A stretch of DNA of 64,000 bases from an uncultured Acidobacteriota bacterium (GTDB lineage: Bacteria > Acidobacteriota > UBA6911 > CAINFC01). The stretch lies in assembly GCA_903847975.1 (NCBI GenBank), contig CAINFC010000242.1:13187-77186 (forward strand), given 5' to 3'. The notes beneath the pieces are model-generated. The model did no database searches. It was not told the origin of the DNA and was given only the letters and a program-made list of their open reading frames with translations. Position numbers and translations under genes: made by a program. Below are positions 37,872-49,164 of this stretch, one piece after another (the first letter of the stretch is position 1; every line of letters starts with the position of its first letter).

Positions 37872-38837
37872 CTAGGGGGAAGCCGGCCTGGCGGCGGCGG
37901 CCGCCGCGCCCGGCCCGAACCAGCAGTCCACCGAAAGGAACCGGTAGCCGCGCGCTGCAAGCTCGACCACCAGGCGGTCCAGGTAGAGATGAAATTTGTC
38001 CGGGCGCCCCGGCCCCGCTCCGATGTGGGTCAGCAGCAGAAAGCCGCGCAGACCTTGCGGCGATCTCCTCTCGTAATCCAGAATCTGCGCATAGATCTCC
38101 GCGCTCGAATAATAACGGCCGCGGTCGGCTGGAGATTTATAATCGGTGTGGCTGATGGTCCCCGGGGTGTAGTTAATCACCCGGACCCCCAGCTCTTCGG
38201 CCCACTGGACTATGGTGCGGTTGTACCATTCAAAGGGAGGCATGAAAATCCTGCCGCGCGCCGGGCGTATGCCGAATGGTTCCATCTCGCGGTAGTTGGC
38301 CCAAAGGTCTTTTTGAAAGGTCTCCCGGTCTACGAGCACTTTCTGCCGGTCGCTCCAGTCATTGTAGAGAAGGTGCCGGTCGGAATGCGGCCCGAGGTAA
38401 TGGCCGTCAGCCACCAGTCCGCGGATGAGGGAGTGAAATTTCCGGTTGCGGTAAAAATCGCCCGTAAAGAAAAAGGAGGCGGGAATGCGGTGCCGACGGA
38501 GTGTCCGGCGGATGAACTCCCCCCCCTCGGCGAACTCATGACCGGTGAAAACCAGGCAGATTTCTTTTTCATCGGCCGGGCCGCGGATAAAGGCTCCCTC
38601 CTCCATCGCCCAGGAAAGGATTCCTGGAGCTGTTCCCGTCGGCGGTCCCTCCGGAGCCGCGGTCGCCCCGGACTCTTTCTGCTCTGCGGCGGCGAATAAG
38701 GGGACAAAGGGACAACAGCCCCCTGCCGCGGTGAAAAAAAAGACGGCGGTTCCCAGGAGGTATCGGCAGCAAAATACCGGAGGCCGCCGGAAAGACCTGC
38801 GGGAGAATTGTGCCGGACGAAGACTTACGGGAGGCAT
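37872..38837 (-). CDS. Polysaccharide deacetylase family protein
   Basis: LVFTG, ASFFFTG, HSDRH, PPFEW, LLTH; start uncertain. Confidence 0.8.
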   Translation of the reverse strand: MPPVSLRPAQFSRRSFRRPPVFCCRYLLGTAVFFFTAAGGCCPFVPLFAAAEQKESGATAAPEGPPTGTAPGILSWAMEEGAFIRGPADEKEICLVFTGHEFAEGGEFIRRTLRRHRIPASFFFTGDFYRNRKFHSLIRGLVADGHYLGPHSDRHLLYNDWSDRQKVLVDRETFQKDLWANYREMEPFGIRPARGRIFMPPFEWYNRTIVQWAEELGVRVINYTPGTISHTDYKSPADRGRYYSSAEIYAQILDYERRSPQGLRGFLLLTHIGAGPGRPDKFHLYLDRLVVELAARGYRFLSVDCWFGPGAAAAAARPASP

Positions 38838-38857
38838 GGCCAGGTGGGGCCGGCGCC

Positions 38858-39277
38858 TTAATCGCCGATGATTTTGACCAAAACCCTTTTTCTCCGGCGC
38901 CCGTCAAACTCGCCGTAGAAAATCTGTTCCCAGGGGCCAAAATCCAATCGCCCCTGGGTAATGGCCACCACAACCTCCCGGCCCATGACCTGTCGTTTCA
39001 GGTGGGCGTCTCCGTTGTCCTCGCCGGTGAGGTTGTGACGGTACTGGCCGGTGGGCTCATGCGGGGCCAGCTTTTCCAGCCAACGCTCGTAGTCGGCATG
39101 CAGGCCGGCCTCATCGTCGTTGATGAACACCGAGGCCGTAATATGCATGGCGTTGACCAGGCAAAGACCCTCCCGAATTTCGCTTTCCCGCAGACACTGT
39201 TCGACCTGGGAAGTGATGTTTGCAAATCCACGGCGGGACGAAATCTGAAACCAGAGCTCTTTTCGGTAGCTTTTCAT
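38858..39277 (-). CDS. yjbQ: YjbQ/UPF0047 family protein
   Basis: [27 protein letters not shown]. Confidence 0.9.
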   Translation of the reverse strand: MKSYRKELWFQISSRRGFANITSQVEQCLRESEIREGLCLVNAMHITASVFINDDEAGLHADYERWLEKLAPHEPTGQYRHNLTGEDNGDAHLKRQVMGREVVVAITQGRLDFGPWEQIFYGEFDGRRRKRVLVKIIGD

Positions 39278-39355
39278 GTACAGGTTTTACCGGATAGACG
39301 GGAGGGAAAAGATACGGGCGGGAAAGGGTGGCATAAACCCGCCCGGGAGGGAATA

Positions 39356-39562
39356 TTACAATTTGGTTACATTCTGGGCGTGAGGACCTTTATCCCCGTC
39401 CTGAACGGTGAACTCCACCAGGTCCCCCTGCTTCAATGACTTGAAACCCTCGCTCTGGATCTGTTTGAAGTGAACGAAAACATCGTTTCCGGTCTCCCTC
39501 TGAATAAATCCGTAGCCTTTGGAGTCACTAAACCATTTAACTTTCCCCTGTTCCCTGTTCAT
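39356..39562 (-). CDS. csp: Cold-shock protein
   Basis: GKVKWF, KGYGFI, DVFVHF. Confidence 0.95.
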   Translation of the reverse strand: MNREQGKVKWFSDSKGYGFIQRETGNDVFVHFKQIQSEGFKSLKQGDLVEFTVQDGDKGPHAQNVTKL

Positions 39563-39805
39563 GCCAAAAATCCTTTCCTTCTTGGCTTCCCATCCTTTCC
39601 GGTGCCCCAAAGAAACGCTCTTTTACTTCCGGCAAAGGGCGCGGAAGCCGAACATCCAAACTAAAACGCGTTTATTTTAACATAGCTTTCTCAGGAATTC
39701 CTTGCTTTTCCCCGGTTCTGTACTCATAATTTAGCCAGCCCGGTCAAACGGCCGGGCCGGGGTAAAAAAGGGATTGGATCGACAACGGTTTTTTTCATAC
39801 GGATT

Positions 39806-40549
39806 ATGGGCATATTACAACTTCTTTTCGGCCAGTCGGACACTCCCTCTGTAAAACAGATTCAGAGGGCCACGAAAGCGATCATGCAGCCTCTCGGGGA
39901 TCCGATCGGCCGCTATAATGCCGCTTCCCGTCTGATTCAGTGGGGAACGGAAGAATCCCTTTACGCCGCCCTGCAGCGCTTTACCATCCAGCTCCCCTCC
40001 CTGACCATCGACCAGCAGGAAAAGGAGGAACTTTGTCAGCGGCTGATTCACTGCGGCGATCGTATCATCCACCCGATCCGCAGGTACATTCGCCAGCAGA
40101 CGGAAATCCGCTGGCCCTGTGAAATCCTGCAATGCCTTCTGCCTGAAGAGGAGTATGCGCAGGAAATCCTCGAGGTGCTCAAGGAATTGCGTGGCCGCCA
40201 CATTCGCGACGAAGAACAGAAGGCCCGGCTCATCCAGCATCTGCCCGGAAATCCCAGCCCCGCCAGCCGTGAGGTGGTTCTCTCCTTTCTGGACGAGGAA
40301 AACGATGATGTAGTCCTGACCGCCGTGGAATATCTCGCTTCGGCCGAGAGCGAGGAGCTGAAGGCCCGACTGATTCAGGTTCTCCTTCATTCGGATGACC
40401 GGCCCCGGGTCAAGGCCTGGGTTGCCAAGCTGTTTGCGGAAAAGAACTGGACGGTACGGCCCCACACCAGCGAGCTGGAAAGCAAAATGCCCGAAGGATT
40501 TTACCTAACCAGCAAAGGCTTCGTGCGGCGCCAGGAAGGCCCGGCCTGA
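39806..40549 (+). CDS. HEAT-repeat-like protein
   Basis: Helical repeats (FLDEENDDVVLTAVEYL); upstream TTGCTT-17-CATAAT at 39702-39730. Confidence 0.7.
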   Translation: MGILQLLFGQSDTPSVKQIQRATKAIMQPLGDPIGRYNAASRLIQWGTEESLYAALQRFTIQLPSLTIDQQEKEELCQRLIHCGDRIIHPIRRYIRQQTEIRWPCEILQCLLPEEEYAQEILEVLKELRGRHIRDEEQKARLIQHLPGNPSPASREVVLSFLDEENDDVVLTAVEYLASAESEELKARLIQVLLHSDDRPRVKAWVAKLFAEKNWTVRPHTSELESKMPEGFYLTSKGFVRRQEGPA

Positions 40550-40587
40550 ATAAACTCCCCGCTCCCGTAAAAGAGCGGAGCGGTCCC

Positions 40588-43239
40588 TTAACGCTTTCGT
40601 ATCTGCGTTCCCACGGCCTCGAGCAGCTGGGTAATGTTGAAAGGCTTTTTGAAGCAGATCCGGGCACCGGCCTTGGTGGCCTCCTTGAACTCGTCCTCAT
40701 GGGCTACCCCGCTGATCACAATGACCGGCAATTCCGGCTTGGTCTCCTTGAGGGCCTCCAAAACCTCCAGGCCTGGCTTTTTGGGCATCTTCAGGTCGAG
40801 GATCAAAAGATCGAAGTGCTCCTGTTCCAGCTTTTCCAGCCCCTGAACCCCGTCGGAAGCGCTTTTAGCCTCATAGCCCCTTTTCACCAGAGCCTCCACC
40901 ATCATGGCACTGAGATCGTCCTCGTCGTCAATGACCAGAACGTAACCCTTGCTGTCCCTGGCAACGATCGGCTCGACGGTTTCCGCGGCGTGGACCAGCG
41001 CTCCGACGGAGGCGGCGTGTAATCCGGCCATGACGGGAAGATAAATGGAGAAGGTGGTTCCTTCTCCGATCTTGCTGGAAACCCGGATTTCTCCCCTGTG
41101 GCCCTGAATGATGGACTGACAGATCGTCAGCCCCAACCCCGTTCCTTCCCCGTCCTTCTTCGTCGTATAGAAAGGATTGAAAATGGACGGCAGATCCTTT
41201 TCCGGGATTCCCTGGCCGGTGTCGCTGATTTCAATCCTGACCCGGTGCTTTTCTTCCTCGTGCTTCACAGAAAAGCGCAGATACCCCCCGCGGGGCATGG
41301 CGTGGATGGCGTTGATGGATAGATTCAGAAAAACCTGCTCGAGCTGTTTGGAATCGGCGTACACCATGGGTGCTCCGGCCTGGAATTCCTCCCGCGCCAA
41401 TATGCCGCAGGCTTTCATCCTCTGGGTAAGCAAAGAAAAAACCTGGCGCAGAATAGGCTCCACCTGGATCAGCTCGCACTTCGGCTCTGCCGGCTTGGCC
41501 AAACCCATCAGATCCCGAATGATCTTGGCAATGCGTCCGGTCTGATCCACGATAAGCTGCAGCGCCTTCCGGTCATGCTCGTTGGAGCAGTTGGCCAGCA
41601 TGAGCTGGGCACGCCCGGAAATTATGGTCAGCGGATTGTTGATTTCGTGGGCGGCATCGGCAGCCAGGCGGCCAACCGAGGAGAGCCGTTCCATGTGATT
41701 GAGCCGCAGCTGTACTTCGTCGATCTGGCGCATGGAGCGCACCAGCGCCGCGGCCTGGGACTGATATTTCTCCTGCAGCAGAACCCTTTGCAGCGCCAGC
41801 CCCGCGGCACGGCCGTACTGCCGCAGCAGATCGATCCCCTCGCGGCCGCTCCAGTTGGAATCGACCAGCTCCAGCAGGATTTGTCCCTGGTTGCATCCAT
41901 TGGCGGAGAGCGGAAGCACCACCAGATGGCCGTCATGGAGAGCGGAGGAGATTTCCGCTGCCGCGGTCAGCTTTTCGCCCAGCTGCTCCACGGCTTTTTC
42001 CACCATGGAAATCTGCTCCCGGGAATTCCAAAGCATCGGATCGGAAGCGGTATCGGCGGGGAAAGGAAAAAGGATGCGCTCCCAGGCGCCGCCGTTGCTC
42101 AGTCGCAAATAGCCTTCCAGATTCCGCTCCTCCGCCCGGGGGATAAAACCGATCAGGCGCCGGTGAGGAATGGTTTTGCTGAGCAGCTCCAGGATCTTGA
42201 CCAGTGCCTGGCCGGAATTGACCGGCAAAGGCAAAGCCTCGGCGATTCCGCGGATCGACTCCAGAATCTGGCACTGCTGCTGCAGCGAGCGGTTTTTGAC
42301 CGCCATGGCGACGCTAAGTTCCGAAAGCTCTTCGTTGGCCCGGGCTACGGCCGAAAGATACATCTCCACCGTGCTGCCGCTGAAATCGAAGCACTGGGAA
42401 ACTTCTTCCAGCCTTTTTAATACTTCTCCCGAAAAGGATTCCAGCTCCCGTGGCGTAAAACCGGTAATGTGCAGGATGTGATGCAGGTCCAGGTCCGGCA
42501 GCGGGCTCCCGCCGCTTCCAAAGCGGTTCATGGCGCAAACGCTGTTGGCGCACTTGACGATCAGCGGCAGCTGCTTTCCGTTGGATCGTTCGAACTGGCT
42601 CAAAGGCTGGTGATGAAGCCAGGCGGCATGGGTAAGCGATTCGGGAAACCGCCAGTGGGTCATCAGGTGAAATGCCAGATCGGTATGTCCGATACCAAAA
42701 CATTTTTCTTCCGCCTCCAGAAGCCGGATATGCTCTTTCCGCGCCAGTTCCAGTGTCTGGTCGTAAACGCTCGGGTTCCAATGATAAAAAATCATTTTCC
42801 CGACATCATGCATTAAACCGGCGGCAAAAGCTTCCTGAGGCTGGGGATACCCGAAGCGCCTGGAAAGCAGCTCGGCGGCGATGGCACAGGAGGCGTTATG
42901 GCTCCACAGATCCACCAGGTTGAGATTCTTCCCGTTCTGCAGGTTCTGGAACAGCCTGAATATAAGAATGGAGAGGGAAATCGTTCTTACCAGGTTCAGG
43001 CCCAGAAGAGAGACTGCCTGGTCGACGGTGGTGATCTTGGATGAAAAGCCGAACTGGGCCGAGTTGCTGACCAGGAGCACCCTCGAAGTTAAAGCCTGGT
43101 CCACTTCAATCAGGTTGATAATCTCTCGCAGATTTACATTTTCCTTGCCCGCCACCTCAATTAATTTGATAGCGACCGTAGGCAACGTCGGCATCTGCTT
43201 TAAAGATTCAGCATAATGCTTCAATGCGCTGCTATGCAT
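40588..43239 (-). CDS. HDOD-domain hybrid histidine kinase with C-terminal REC
   Basis: MPTLP, DQAL, HDVGK; AHEINNPL; GTGLGL; LDLKMP. Confidence 0.92.
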   Translation of the reverse strand: MHSSALKHYAESLKQMPTLPTVAIKLIEVAGKENVNLREIINLIEVDQALTSRVLLVSNSAQFGFSSKITTVDQAVSLLGLNLVRTISLSILIFRLFQNLQNGKNLNLVDLWSHNASCAIAAELLSRRFGYPQPQEAFAAGLMHDVGKMIFYHWNPSVYDQTLELARKEHIRLLEAEEKCFGIGHTDLAFHLMTHWRFPESLTHAAWLHHQPLSQFERSNGKQLPLIVKCANSVCAMNRFGSGGSPLPDLDLHHILHITGFTPRELESFSGEVLKRLEEVSQCFDFSGSTVEMYLSAVARANEELSELSVAMAVKNRSLQQQCQILESIRGIAEALPLPVNSGQALVKILELLSKTIPHRRLIGFIPRAEERNLEGYLRLSNGGAWERILFPFPADTASDPMLWNSREQISMVEKAVEQLGEKLTAAAEISSALHDGHLVVLPLSANGCNQGQILLELVDSNWSGREGIDLLRQYGRAAGLALQRVLLQEKYQSQAAALVRSMRQIDEVQLRLNHMERLSSVGRLAADAAHEINNPLTIISGRAQLMLANCSNEHDRKALQLIVDQTGRIAKIIRDLMGLAKPAEPKCELIQVEPILRQVFSLLTQRMKACGILAREEFQAGAPMVYADSKQLEQVFLNLSINAIHAMPRGGYLRFSVKHEEEKHRVRIEISDTGQGIPEKDLPSIFNPFYTTKKDGEGTGLGLTICQSIIQGHRGEIRVSSKIGEGTTFSIYLPVMAGLHAASVGALVHAAETVEPIVARDSKGYVLVIDDEDDLSAMMVEALVKRGYEAKSASDGVQGLEKLEQEHFDLLILDLKMPKKPGLEVLEALKETKPELPVIVISGVAHEDEFKEATKAGARICFKKPFNITQLLEAVGTQIRKR

Positions 43240-43481
43240 AAAACAACCTCATCGCTGACAATTCTCCCAAGGATAACTTAATGTTTTACGTTAAGTGATG
43301 ACAAATTATTTATCATAAGTGAAATGTTTTCAAGTTTATTCAAGCGGTGCTCAGGTCGAAACCAAATCACTGTCGCAAAGACTGGTCCGTTCGAGACAGA
43401 ATTCATGGATAGAACTACCCGCTCAAAATGCCGGGTGATTCATAAAAATGAGCTCAACTTGAACGCTACCCATTCCGGATC

Positions 43482-43561
43482 TTACTTCCTGATCTTCCGG
43501 TCTTCCTGTGATAAGGATTGGGCATACACGGCAGGAAAGGAAGAGCGGAAAGAAAAGCGAC
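43482..43561. repeat. Dispersed ~80-bp REP-like imperfect palindrome, copy B
   Basis: Inverted homolog of 267-343. Confidence 0.6.
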
Positions 43562-43670
43562 GGAGCCTGCCGCCGGGAGAATATTCACTTTGAGTCGGGC
43601 ATGTTAAGGTTAACTCGAAAGTTCATTATGGCTATGGTAGTATGTAGAACCAACTTTCGGTAATCGAGAT

Positions 43671-44171
43671 ATGCTCAATCAAACGGTTCTTAGTGAAGAG
43701 GATTATCGCCGGCTCGCCGACATCATTTCACGCCTTTATTCGGAGTCTTCCGCCAAAAGTGTTTTCCTTTTTGACCGCAGCGGGCGGCAAATCACCTCCG
43801 AAGGAGTAACCCGCGGGCTGGATGTCACCAGTTTTGCCTCGCTGACCGCCGGCAGCGTAGCGGCCACCGAGGAGCTGGCGCACCTGGTGGGTGAGGAGGC
43901 TTTTCCCGCACAGTTTCACGAAGGAGTGGAGAACAGCATTTATATTGCCACCATCGGCCGGAAAGCCATCCTGGTCATCCTCTTCAATGATCGCTCCTCG
44001 ATCGGTCTGGTCCGGCTGCGCATGAAAAAGGCGATGATGGACCTTTCGCGGGCCTATAGCGAAATAAGCCTGAAAGAAAAAGAAGTCCGGGATACCCACG
44101 AAGACGGGCCTGGCGGCACCGTCCTGGAAAATCTCTCCGAAGAGGATATCGAGAAATTGTTTGCTTCCTAG
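43671..44171 (+). CDS. mglB: Roadblock/LC7 protein MglB
   Basis: SFASLTAGSVAAT, FHEG, SIGLVRLR, EEDIEKLF. Confidence 0.9.
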   Translation: MLNQTVLSEEDYRRLADIISRLYSESSAKSVFLFDRSGRQITSEGVTRGLDVTSFASLTAGSVAATEELAHLVGEEAFPAQFHEGVENSIYIATIGRKAILVILFNDRSSIGLVRLRMKKAMMDLSRAYSEISLKEKEVRDTHEDGPGGTVLENLSEEDIEKLFAS

Positions 44172-44200
44172 TTGAAGATTTCCCCGCGGGTTGCTATGAT
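44172..44200 (+). promoter_or_regulatory. Putative internal promoter for mglA
   Basis: TTGAAG-17 bp-(TGn)TATGAT. Confidence 0.55.
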
Positions 44201-44251
44201 CTTTTTAAAATACACTTTTTCACCAACTGTTTTTTACGAATAGGGCGAACC

Positions 44252-44854
44252 GTGTCTTTCATCCATTACGTTCAAAAAGAAATCAATTGCAAGATTGTGT
44301 ATTACGGACCTGGTCTGGGGGGGAAAACGACCAACCTGCAATACGTTTACAACACCACCCCCGGACACATGAAAGGCAGGATGATCTCCCTGGCCACGGA
44401 AACCGAGCGGACACTGTTTTTTGATTTTATGCCTCTGGAAATGGGAGAGATCAAGGGATTCAAGGTGCGCCTTCATCTTTATACGGTGCCCGGCCAGGTT
44501 TTTTATAACGCCAGCCGCAAGCTGATCCTTCGGGGCGTAGACGGAGTCATTTTTGTTGCCGACAGCCAGGAGGAGCGCTTCGACGCCAACATTGAGGCGA
44601 TCTACAACCTCAAGGAAAACCTGGCAGAGGAAAACTACGATATCATGGAACTTCCCTATGTACTTCAGCTGAACAAGAGGGACCTGCCCTCGGCCATGGA
44701 GCGCGATGTTCTGGCCAAGGAGTTGAACATCAAAGGGGAAAAGGTTTTTGACGCAATTGCCTGCCAGGGAGTAGGCGTCACGGAGACACTCAAAGAGGCC
44801 TCCAAGCAGGTGCTGATGTACCTGAGAAAAACGCAGCTGGAAAGAGGGGTGTAA
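44252..44854 (+). CDS. mglA: Small GTPase MglA
   Basis: GPGLGGKTTNL, ERTLFFDF, TVPGQ, NKRDL. Confidence 0.95.
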   Translation: MSFIHYVQKEINCKIVYYGPGLGGKTTNLQYVYNTTPGHMKGRMISLATETERTLFFDFMPLEMGEIKGFKVRLHLYTVPGQVFYNASRKLILRGVDGVIFVADSQEERFDANIEAIYNLKENLAEENYDIMELPYVLQLNKRDLPSAMERDVLAKELNIKGEKVFDAIACQGVGVTETLKEASKQVLMYLRKTQLERGV

Positions 44855-44887
44855 TCGTCCGGTCCGGACCCGGAAACCCGGGAACAC

Positions 44888-45484
44888 CTAACTTTTTAAA
44901 TTCCTGCTCCTGGCGGCTCGAGCGACCATTTTCACTTTCTGGGTTTCCTGGTCGAGGAAAACGACCAGTTCCATATTCTCGTGCTTCTGCTTTTCCCGCA
45001 GCTGGTGCATTTTTTGAGAAATCATATCTTTGAACTGGTCAACATCCATTTTGAGCTTTTTTTCCCCGTTGCGCAGCCGCATCCCTTGCAATTCCTGATA
45101 CAAAACAAGCACCTTCCCTTTTTCCGAGGAAGGATCCTGGATCACTTCCCGGAAATAATCGCGAGTCCCGGAGGGTTCGGCCTGTTCCGGCCTGGTCAGG
45201 GATACCAGTTCTTCTTCGCTGCGCAGGACGCCTTTTTCCTCCCGATCCTGCGTCTGCCGGCGCCAGAGATCTTTGTAAACGGAAAACTTGGCCACCAGCT
45301 GATTAAACCGGAAGCGCTGCGCAAAATTCATTCGCTCCTCCATCAACCGCTTCATAATCTGATCGGTCTGAAAGCGCAGGTTGTTCGGAGGAACCTTCTT
45401 GCCACCGGCCAAAAAGATGTCGTATTCGATGGTCAGTTTTCGTAAACCTTCATCGAACCGGTTCAACTGTTCATCGATTGTCAT
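44888..45484 (-). CDS. Conserved helical protein resembling MXAN_5187 C-terminal-domain proteins
   Basis: LTIEYDIFLAG...PP, RFRFNQL, LWRR pattern. Confidence 0.65.
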   Translation of the reverse strand: MTIDEQLNRFDEGLRKLTIEYDIFLAGGKKVPPNNLRFQTDQIMKRLMEERMNFAQRFRFNQLVAKFSVYKDLWRRQTQDREEKGVLRSEEELVSLTRPEQAEPSGTRDYFREVIQDPSSEKGKVLVLYQELQGMRLRNGEKKLKMDVDQFKDMISQKMHQLREKQKHENMELVVFLDQETQKVKMVARAARSRNLKS

Positions 45485-45489
45485 GCCAA

Positions 45490-45519
45490 ATGATAACGCG
45501 GAACGATTGGCACGGTCAA
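45490..45519 (-). promoter_or_regulatory. Sigma70 promoter, probably leaderless
   Basis: TTGACC-18 bp-TATCAT, 5 nt before ATG 45484. Confidence 0.6.
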
Positions 45520-45565
45520 TCCTTCCGAAAGCTCAGGAACTCTGCCCTGCAATTTGGCTGGAAAT

Positions 45566-46972
45566 ATGAAAATGGAAAACAGAAACCAATGGCTCCGAAG
45601 AATTCCGTCCGTGGGTGCCCTGCTGCTGGATCCCGTGCTGAAAGATCTGGTTGTCCAATATGGAAAACCCATTGTTCTGGCTCACTTATCCATGTTGCTT
45701 AATGAAATACGCAAAGGAATCCTCTCCTCCGTCAGTCCACCATTGAAATCACAGGAAGAAGCTATGGAAAAGATCCTTTCGGAATTGAACATTCGCCTGA
45801 AGCATTCGAGCCGGTTCCAATTGCAGCGGGTAATTAACGCCACCGGAGTCATTATTCACACCAACCTGGGACGTTCCCCCCTGTCTGCCGCAGCGGTATC
45901 CGCGGTGGAAGCGGTGATGCAGGGGTATTCCAACCTGGAATACAGCCTTGAAGAAGGGGCCCGAGGCCATCGGGATCAGAATCTGGCGCCTGAAATATGC
46001 CGCGTTCTGGGGTGCGAGGATGCCACCATAGTCAACAACGCCGCCGCCGGACTGTTCCTGACCCTGAACGAGCTGGCTTCGGGCAGAGAGACCGTCGTAT
46101 CGAGAGGAGAGCTGGTGGAAATCGGGGGTTCCTTCCGGATTCCGGAAATTATGAAAGCCAGCGGAACCCTGCTGCGGGAAGTGGGAACCACCAACAAAAC
46201 AAGGCTGGCGGACTATGCCGCCGCCACTCACGGCAATACCGCACTTCTGCTGAAGGTCCACGCCAGCAACTTCCGCCTGCTCGGATTTACCGAGTCCGTT
46301 CCGATACGCGAGCTTGCCACGCTGGCCCGGGCGCACGACATTCCCCTGGTGGAAGACACGGGCAGCGGATTTCTGGCGCCCGGGGAAAGTGCCCCTGCCG
46401 GGGAAGAGCCTTGTCCCCGTGAAAGCTTATCGCAGGGGTGTGACCTGGTTATTTTTTCCGGAGACAAGCTCCTCGGCGGACCGCAGGCGGGAATTCTGGC
46501 CGGAAAAGCAAAATGGATTCAAAGGCTGCGCCGCAATCCGCTCATGCGCATTCTGCGGCCCGATAAGATGACCCTGGCCGCCCTGGAAGCGACATTCCGG
46601 ATATACGGCACAGATCCTTTGGGAACAGGGATTCCTGTGTTGCAGATGATCCGTGCCGCTCCATCCGATCTGAAACGAAGGGCTCATAATCTGCGGAAGC
46701 GAATTCTGCGTAAAGGCCCGGAGGAGTGGACGGTGGAAGTGACCGCCATGGATTCCCTGATCGGCGGCGGCAGCTTCCCTGGTCAGAATCTGCCTTCCTG
46801 GGGACTGCGCTTCGGATCGGTTTCCTGTTCGGTTGCCACGCTGGAGGAGAAGCTGCGGCGCAACGATCCCCCGATTATTGCCCGCATCGAGGAAGGCCGG
46901 GTTCTGATGGACATGCGTACCATCCGCGCCGAAGAGGAACGGGAAATCGTCTCCTTCTTTACCGGACGGTAG
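45566..46972 (+). CDS. selA: L-seryl-tRNA(Sec) selenium transferase
   Basis: INATGVIIHTNLGRS, EIGGSFRIP, EVGTTN, FSGDKLLGGPQAG. Confidence 0.95.
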   Translation: MKMENRNQWLRRIPSVGALLLDPVLKDLVVQYGKPIVLAHLSMLLNEIRKGILSSVSPPLKSQEEAMEKILSELNIRLKHSSRFQLQRVINATGVIIHTNLGRSPLSAAAVSAVEAVMQGYSNLEYSLEEGARGHRDQNLAPEICRVLGCEDATIVNNAAAGLFLTLNELASGRETVVSRGELVEIGGSFRIPEIMKASGTLLREVGTTNKTRLADYAAATHGNTALLLKVHASNFRLLGFTESVPIRELATLARAHDIPLVEDTGSGFLAPGESAPAGEEPCPRESLSQGCDLVIFSGDKLLGGPQAGILAGKAKWIQRLRRNPLMRILRPDKMTLAALEATFRIYGTDPLGTGIPVLQMIRAAPSDLKRRAHNLRKRILRKGPEEWTVEVTAMDSLIGGGSFPGQNLPSWGLRFGSVSCSVATLEEKLRRNDPPIIARIEEGRVLMDMRTIRAEEEREIVSFFTGR

Positions 46973-46983
46973 GTTCTGGCGGA

Positions 46984-48066
46984 TCAATCCGGCCAGAGGC
47001 CGCCTTGGATCTCTTTCCGGGGGAGGCGATCCGGATCCAGGACCACGTACCGTATTTTTTTCCGTTTCCAGGTGTAGGTAACGTGCACTTTGCCCCGAGA
47101 ATCCTGGATCACCGCCGGATAGGAGTACTCTCCCGGTTCGGTTTCCAGGCGGACCGCCGCCTCCCAGCGCCGCCCGTCTGCAGATAAGGCGACATTCAAT
47201 GGGCTCCTTCCGCGTGCCGTATGGTTGTAAACCAGCAGAAACCGGCCGTCTTTGAGAGTCACCGCATCGATGCCGCTATTCGGATTGGGCAGTTCCGTCG
47301 CCTGTGCCGGCCCCCAACGCAGAGCTCCCTCCGTGGAGCGGCATGCGACAATCCTGCCCTGCCGGCTGCGGAACAGCAGCTGAAGAGACTGGTCCGAATG
47401 AATCAGGACGGTGGGCTGAATGAGGCCGAACTCCCGGGGGTCGTTGACCGGAGCCGTCTTCTCCCAGCTTTTGCCGCGATCGCGGCTGATTTCCAGGTGG
47501 CCCTTCCAGCCTTCGTCTTCCGTGCTGGAAGGAGACACGATCCATCCGCCGGGGGTCATCACCGGCTTGTTTTTTATCGGCCCGAGGATTCCGTCCGGCA
47601 GCCGCTCGGCGGCCGACCAGCTCTTTGCGCCGTCTCCCGAACGACGAACCATTCCCCACCATTGACGCGGGTTCGGCCCCACCTTGTAAAACAGCAGCAG
47701 CGGACCGCCCGGAACCTGGAACAGAACAGGGTTCCAGCAGGGATAACGCCGGTCGGAGCTCTCTATGCCATCCGCCACCTGCACCGGAGCGCTCCAGGCT
47801 CCCTTTTCCTGGCGCGTGTACCATATACCCACATCCGGGTTCCCTTCCCCTGTGCCGCCGAACCAGGCCGCGACCAGCCCGCTTTTGGATTCCTCGATCG
47901 TTGAAGCGTGGCAGGAAGCAAAGGGGGCTTCTTCATAGAGGAAGCCTTGCTCCAGCACGCCGGGGGGCAGAGCGACTTGCGGCTGCGCCACGACGCGGGC
48001 ATGGAAGGAAAGGGCGAGAAAAAGCGGCAGAGCGCAGAAAAAAAGGAAGACGATTCTGTTTTTCAT
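46984..48066 (-). CDS. Secreted sialidase/BNR-repeat protein
   Basis: [27 protein letters not shown]. Confidence 0.85.
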   Translation of the reverse strand: MKNRIVFLFFCALPLFLALSFHARVVAQPQVALPPGVLEQGFLYEEAPFASCHASTIEESKSGLVAAWFGGTGEGNPDVGIWYTRQEKGAWSAPVQVADGIESSDRRYPCWNPVLFQVPGGPLLLFYKVGPNPRQWWGMVRRSGDGAKSWSAAERLPDGILGPIKNKPVMTPGGWIVSPSSTEDEGWKGHLEISRDRGKSWEKTAPVNDPREFGLIQPTVLIHSDQSLQLLFRSRQGRIVACRSTEGALRWGPAQATELPNPNSGIDAVTLKDGRFLLVYNHTARGRSPLNVALSADGRRWEAAVRLETEPGEYSYPAVIQDSRGKVHVTYTWKRKKIRYVVLDPDRLPRKEIQGGLWPD

Positions 48067-48989
48067 GCGGAAAACTCCAGGTATTTTTCTGCATCCATGG
48101 CCGCCCGGCATCCGGATGCCGCAGCGGTAATGGCTTGCTTGTAACGCGTGTCGTGGACATCCCCCGCGGCAAAAACGCCGTCCACGCTGGTCCGGGAACC
48201 CTCCCGGACCACAACGTATCCGTTCGGATCGAGCTCCAGCTGCCCCCGAACCAGGTCGGTATTGGGGACATGCCCGATGGCCACGAAAACGCCTTCCACT
48301 GCAAGATGGCGGGCGGCGGACGCCGCATCGGCCGGGTTCCGGAGCAGCAGACCGGTCACCTTCCCCTGGTCGGGGTCCAGAATGTCTTCGACGACGGCAT
48401 TCAGAATAAAGCGGATCTTTTCATTCGATTCCGCCCGGGCCTGCATGATTTTGGAAGCCCGGAATTTATCGCGGCGGTGGATCAGGTGAACCGTCTTGGC
48501 GAACCGGGTCAGGAAGAGCGCCTCCTCCAGTGCGGAATCACCCCCTCCGACAATGGCTACTTCCTGGCCCCGAAAAAAGAATCCGTCGCAGGTGGCGCAG
48601 GTGGAAACGCCGCGCCCGGTCAGCCGGCTCTCCGAGGCCAGACCCAGCTTTTTGCTGGAAGCCCCGGTGGCCAGGATCAGGGTGCGGCATTCCTCCACGC
48701 GGCCTTCGGAATGAATTTGAAACGGGCGTCGGGAAAGGTCCACCTTCTGGACCATTCCACCGACTGCTTCGGTCCCGAACCGGATGGCCTGCTCCTTCAT
48801 GCGGGCCATCAGATCGCTTCCTTCGATCCCTTCGGGAAAACCGGGAAAATTTTCGACTGTGGTCGTGGTGATCAGCTGGCCGCCCGGCTGGTTCCCCTCA
48901 AACAGTACCGGCCGCAGGTTGGCCCGGCCGGCATAAACTGCCGCTGTCAGGCCTGCCGGACCGGATCCGATGATTGCAACGTCACGCAT
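48063..48989 (-). CDS. trxB: Thioredoxin reductase
   Basis: GSGPAG, CATCDG, GGGDSA, QAITAA; GAGG RBS. Confidence 0.95.
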   Translation of the reverse strand: MRDVAIIGSGPAGLTAAVYAGRANLRPVLFEGNQPGGQLITTTTVENFPGFPEGIEGSDLMARMKEQAIRFGTEAVGGMVQKVDLSRRPFQIHSEGRVEECRTLILATGASSKKLGLASESRLTGRGVSTCATCDGFFFRGQEVAIVGGGDSALEEALFLTRFAKTVHLIHRRDKFRASKIMQARAESNEKIRFILNAVVEDILDPDQGKVTGLLLRNPADAASAARHLAVEGVFVAIGHVPNTDLVRGQLELDPNGYVVVREGSRTSVDGVFAAGDVHDTRYKQAITAAASGCRAAMDAEKYLEFSA

Positions 48990-49164
48990 ATGCTCCTCAA
49001 AGGAAAATATTAATTTTGAAATCTTCCTGATTTCTGTATTATAACGTAGAGGAACAGAATCGCCGAAACGGGCTGGAAAAGCAGCGGTCCCGTATCGAAT
49101 ACGGGAGATTGGTAGCGAGCGGGAGGAGCCTCTCGGCGAAAAGCGGAAGGAATCCGCCTGAATC

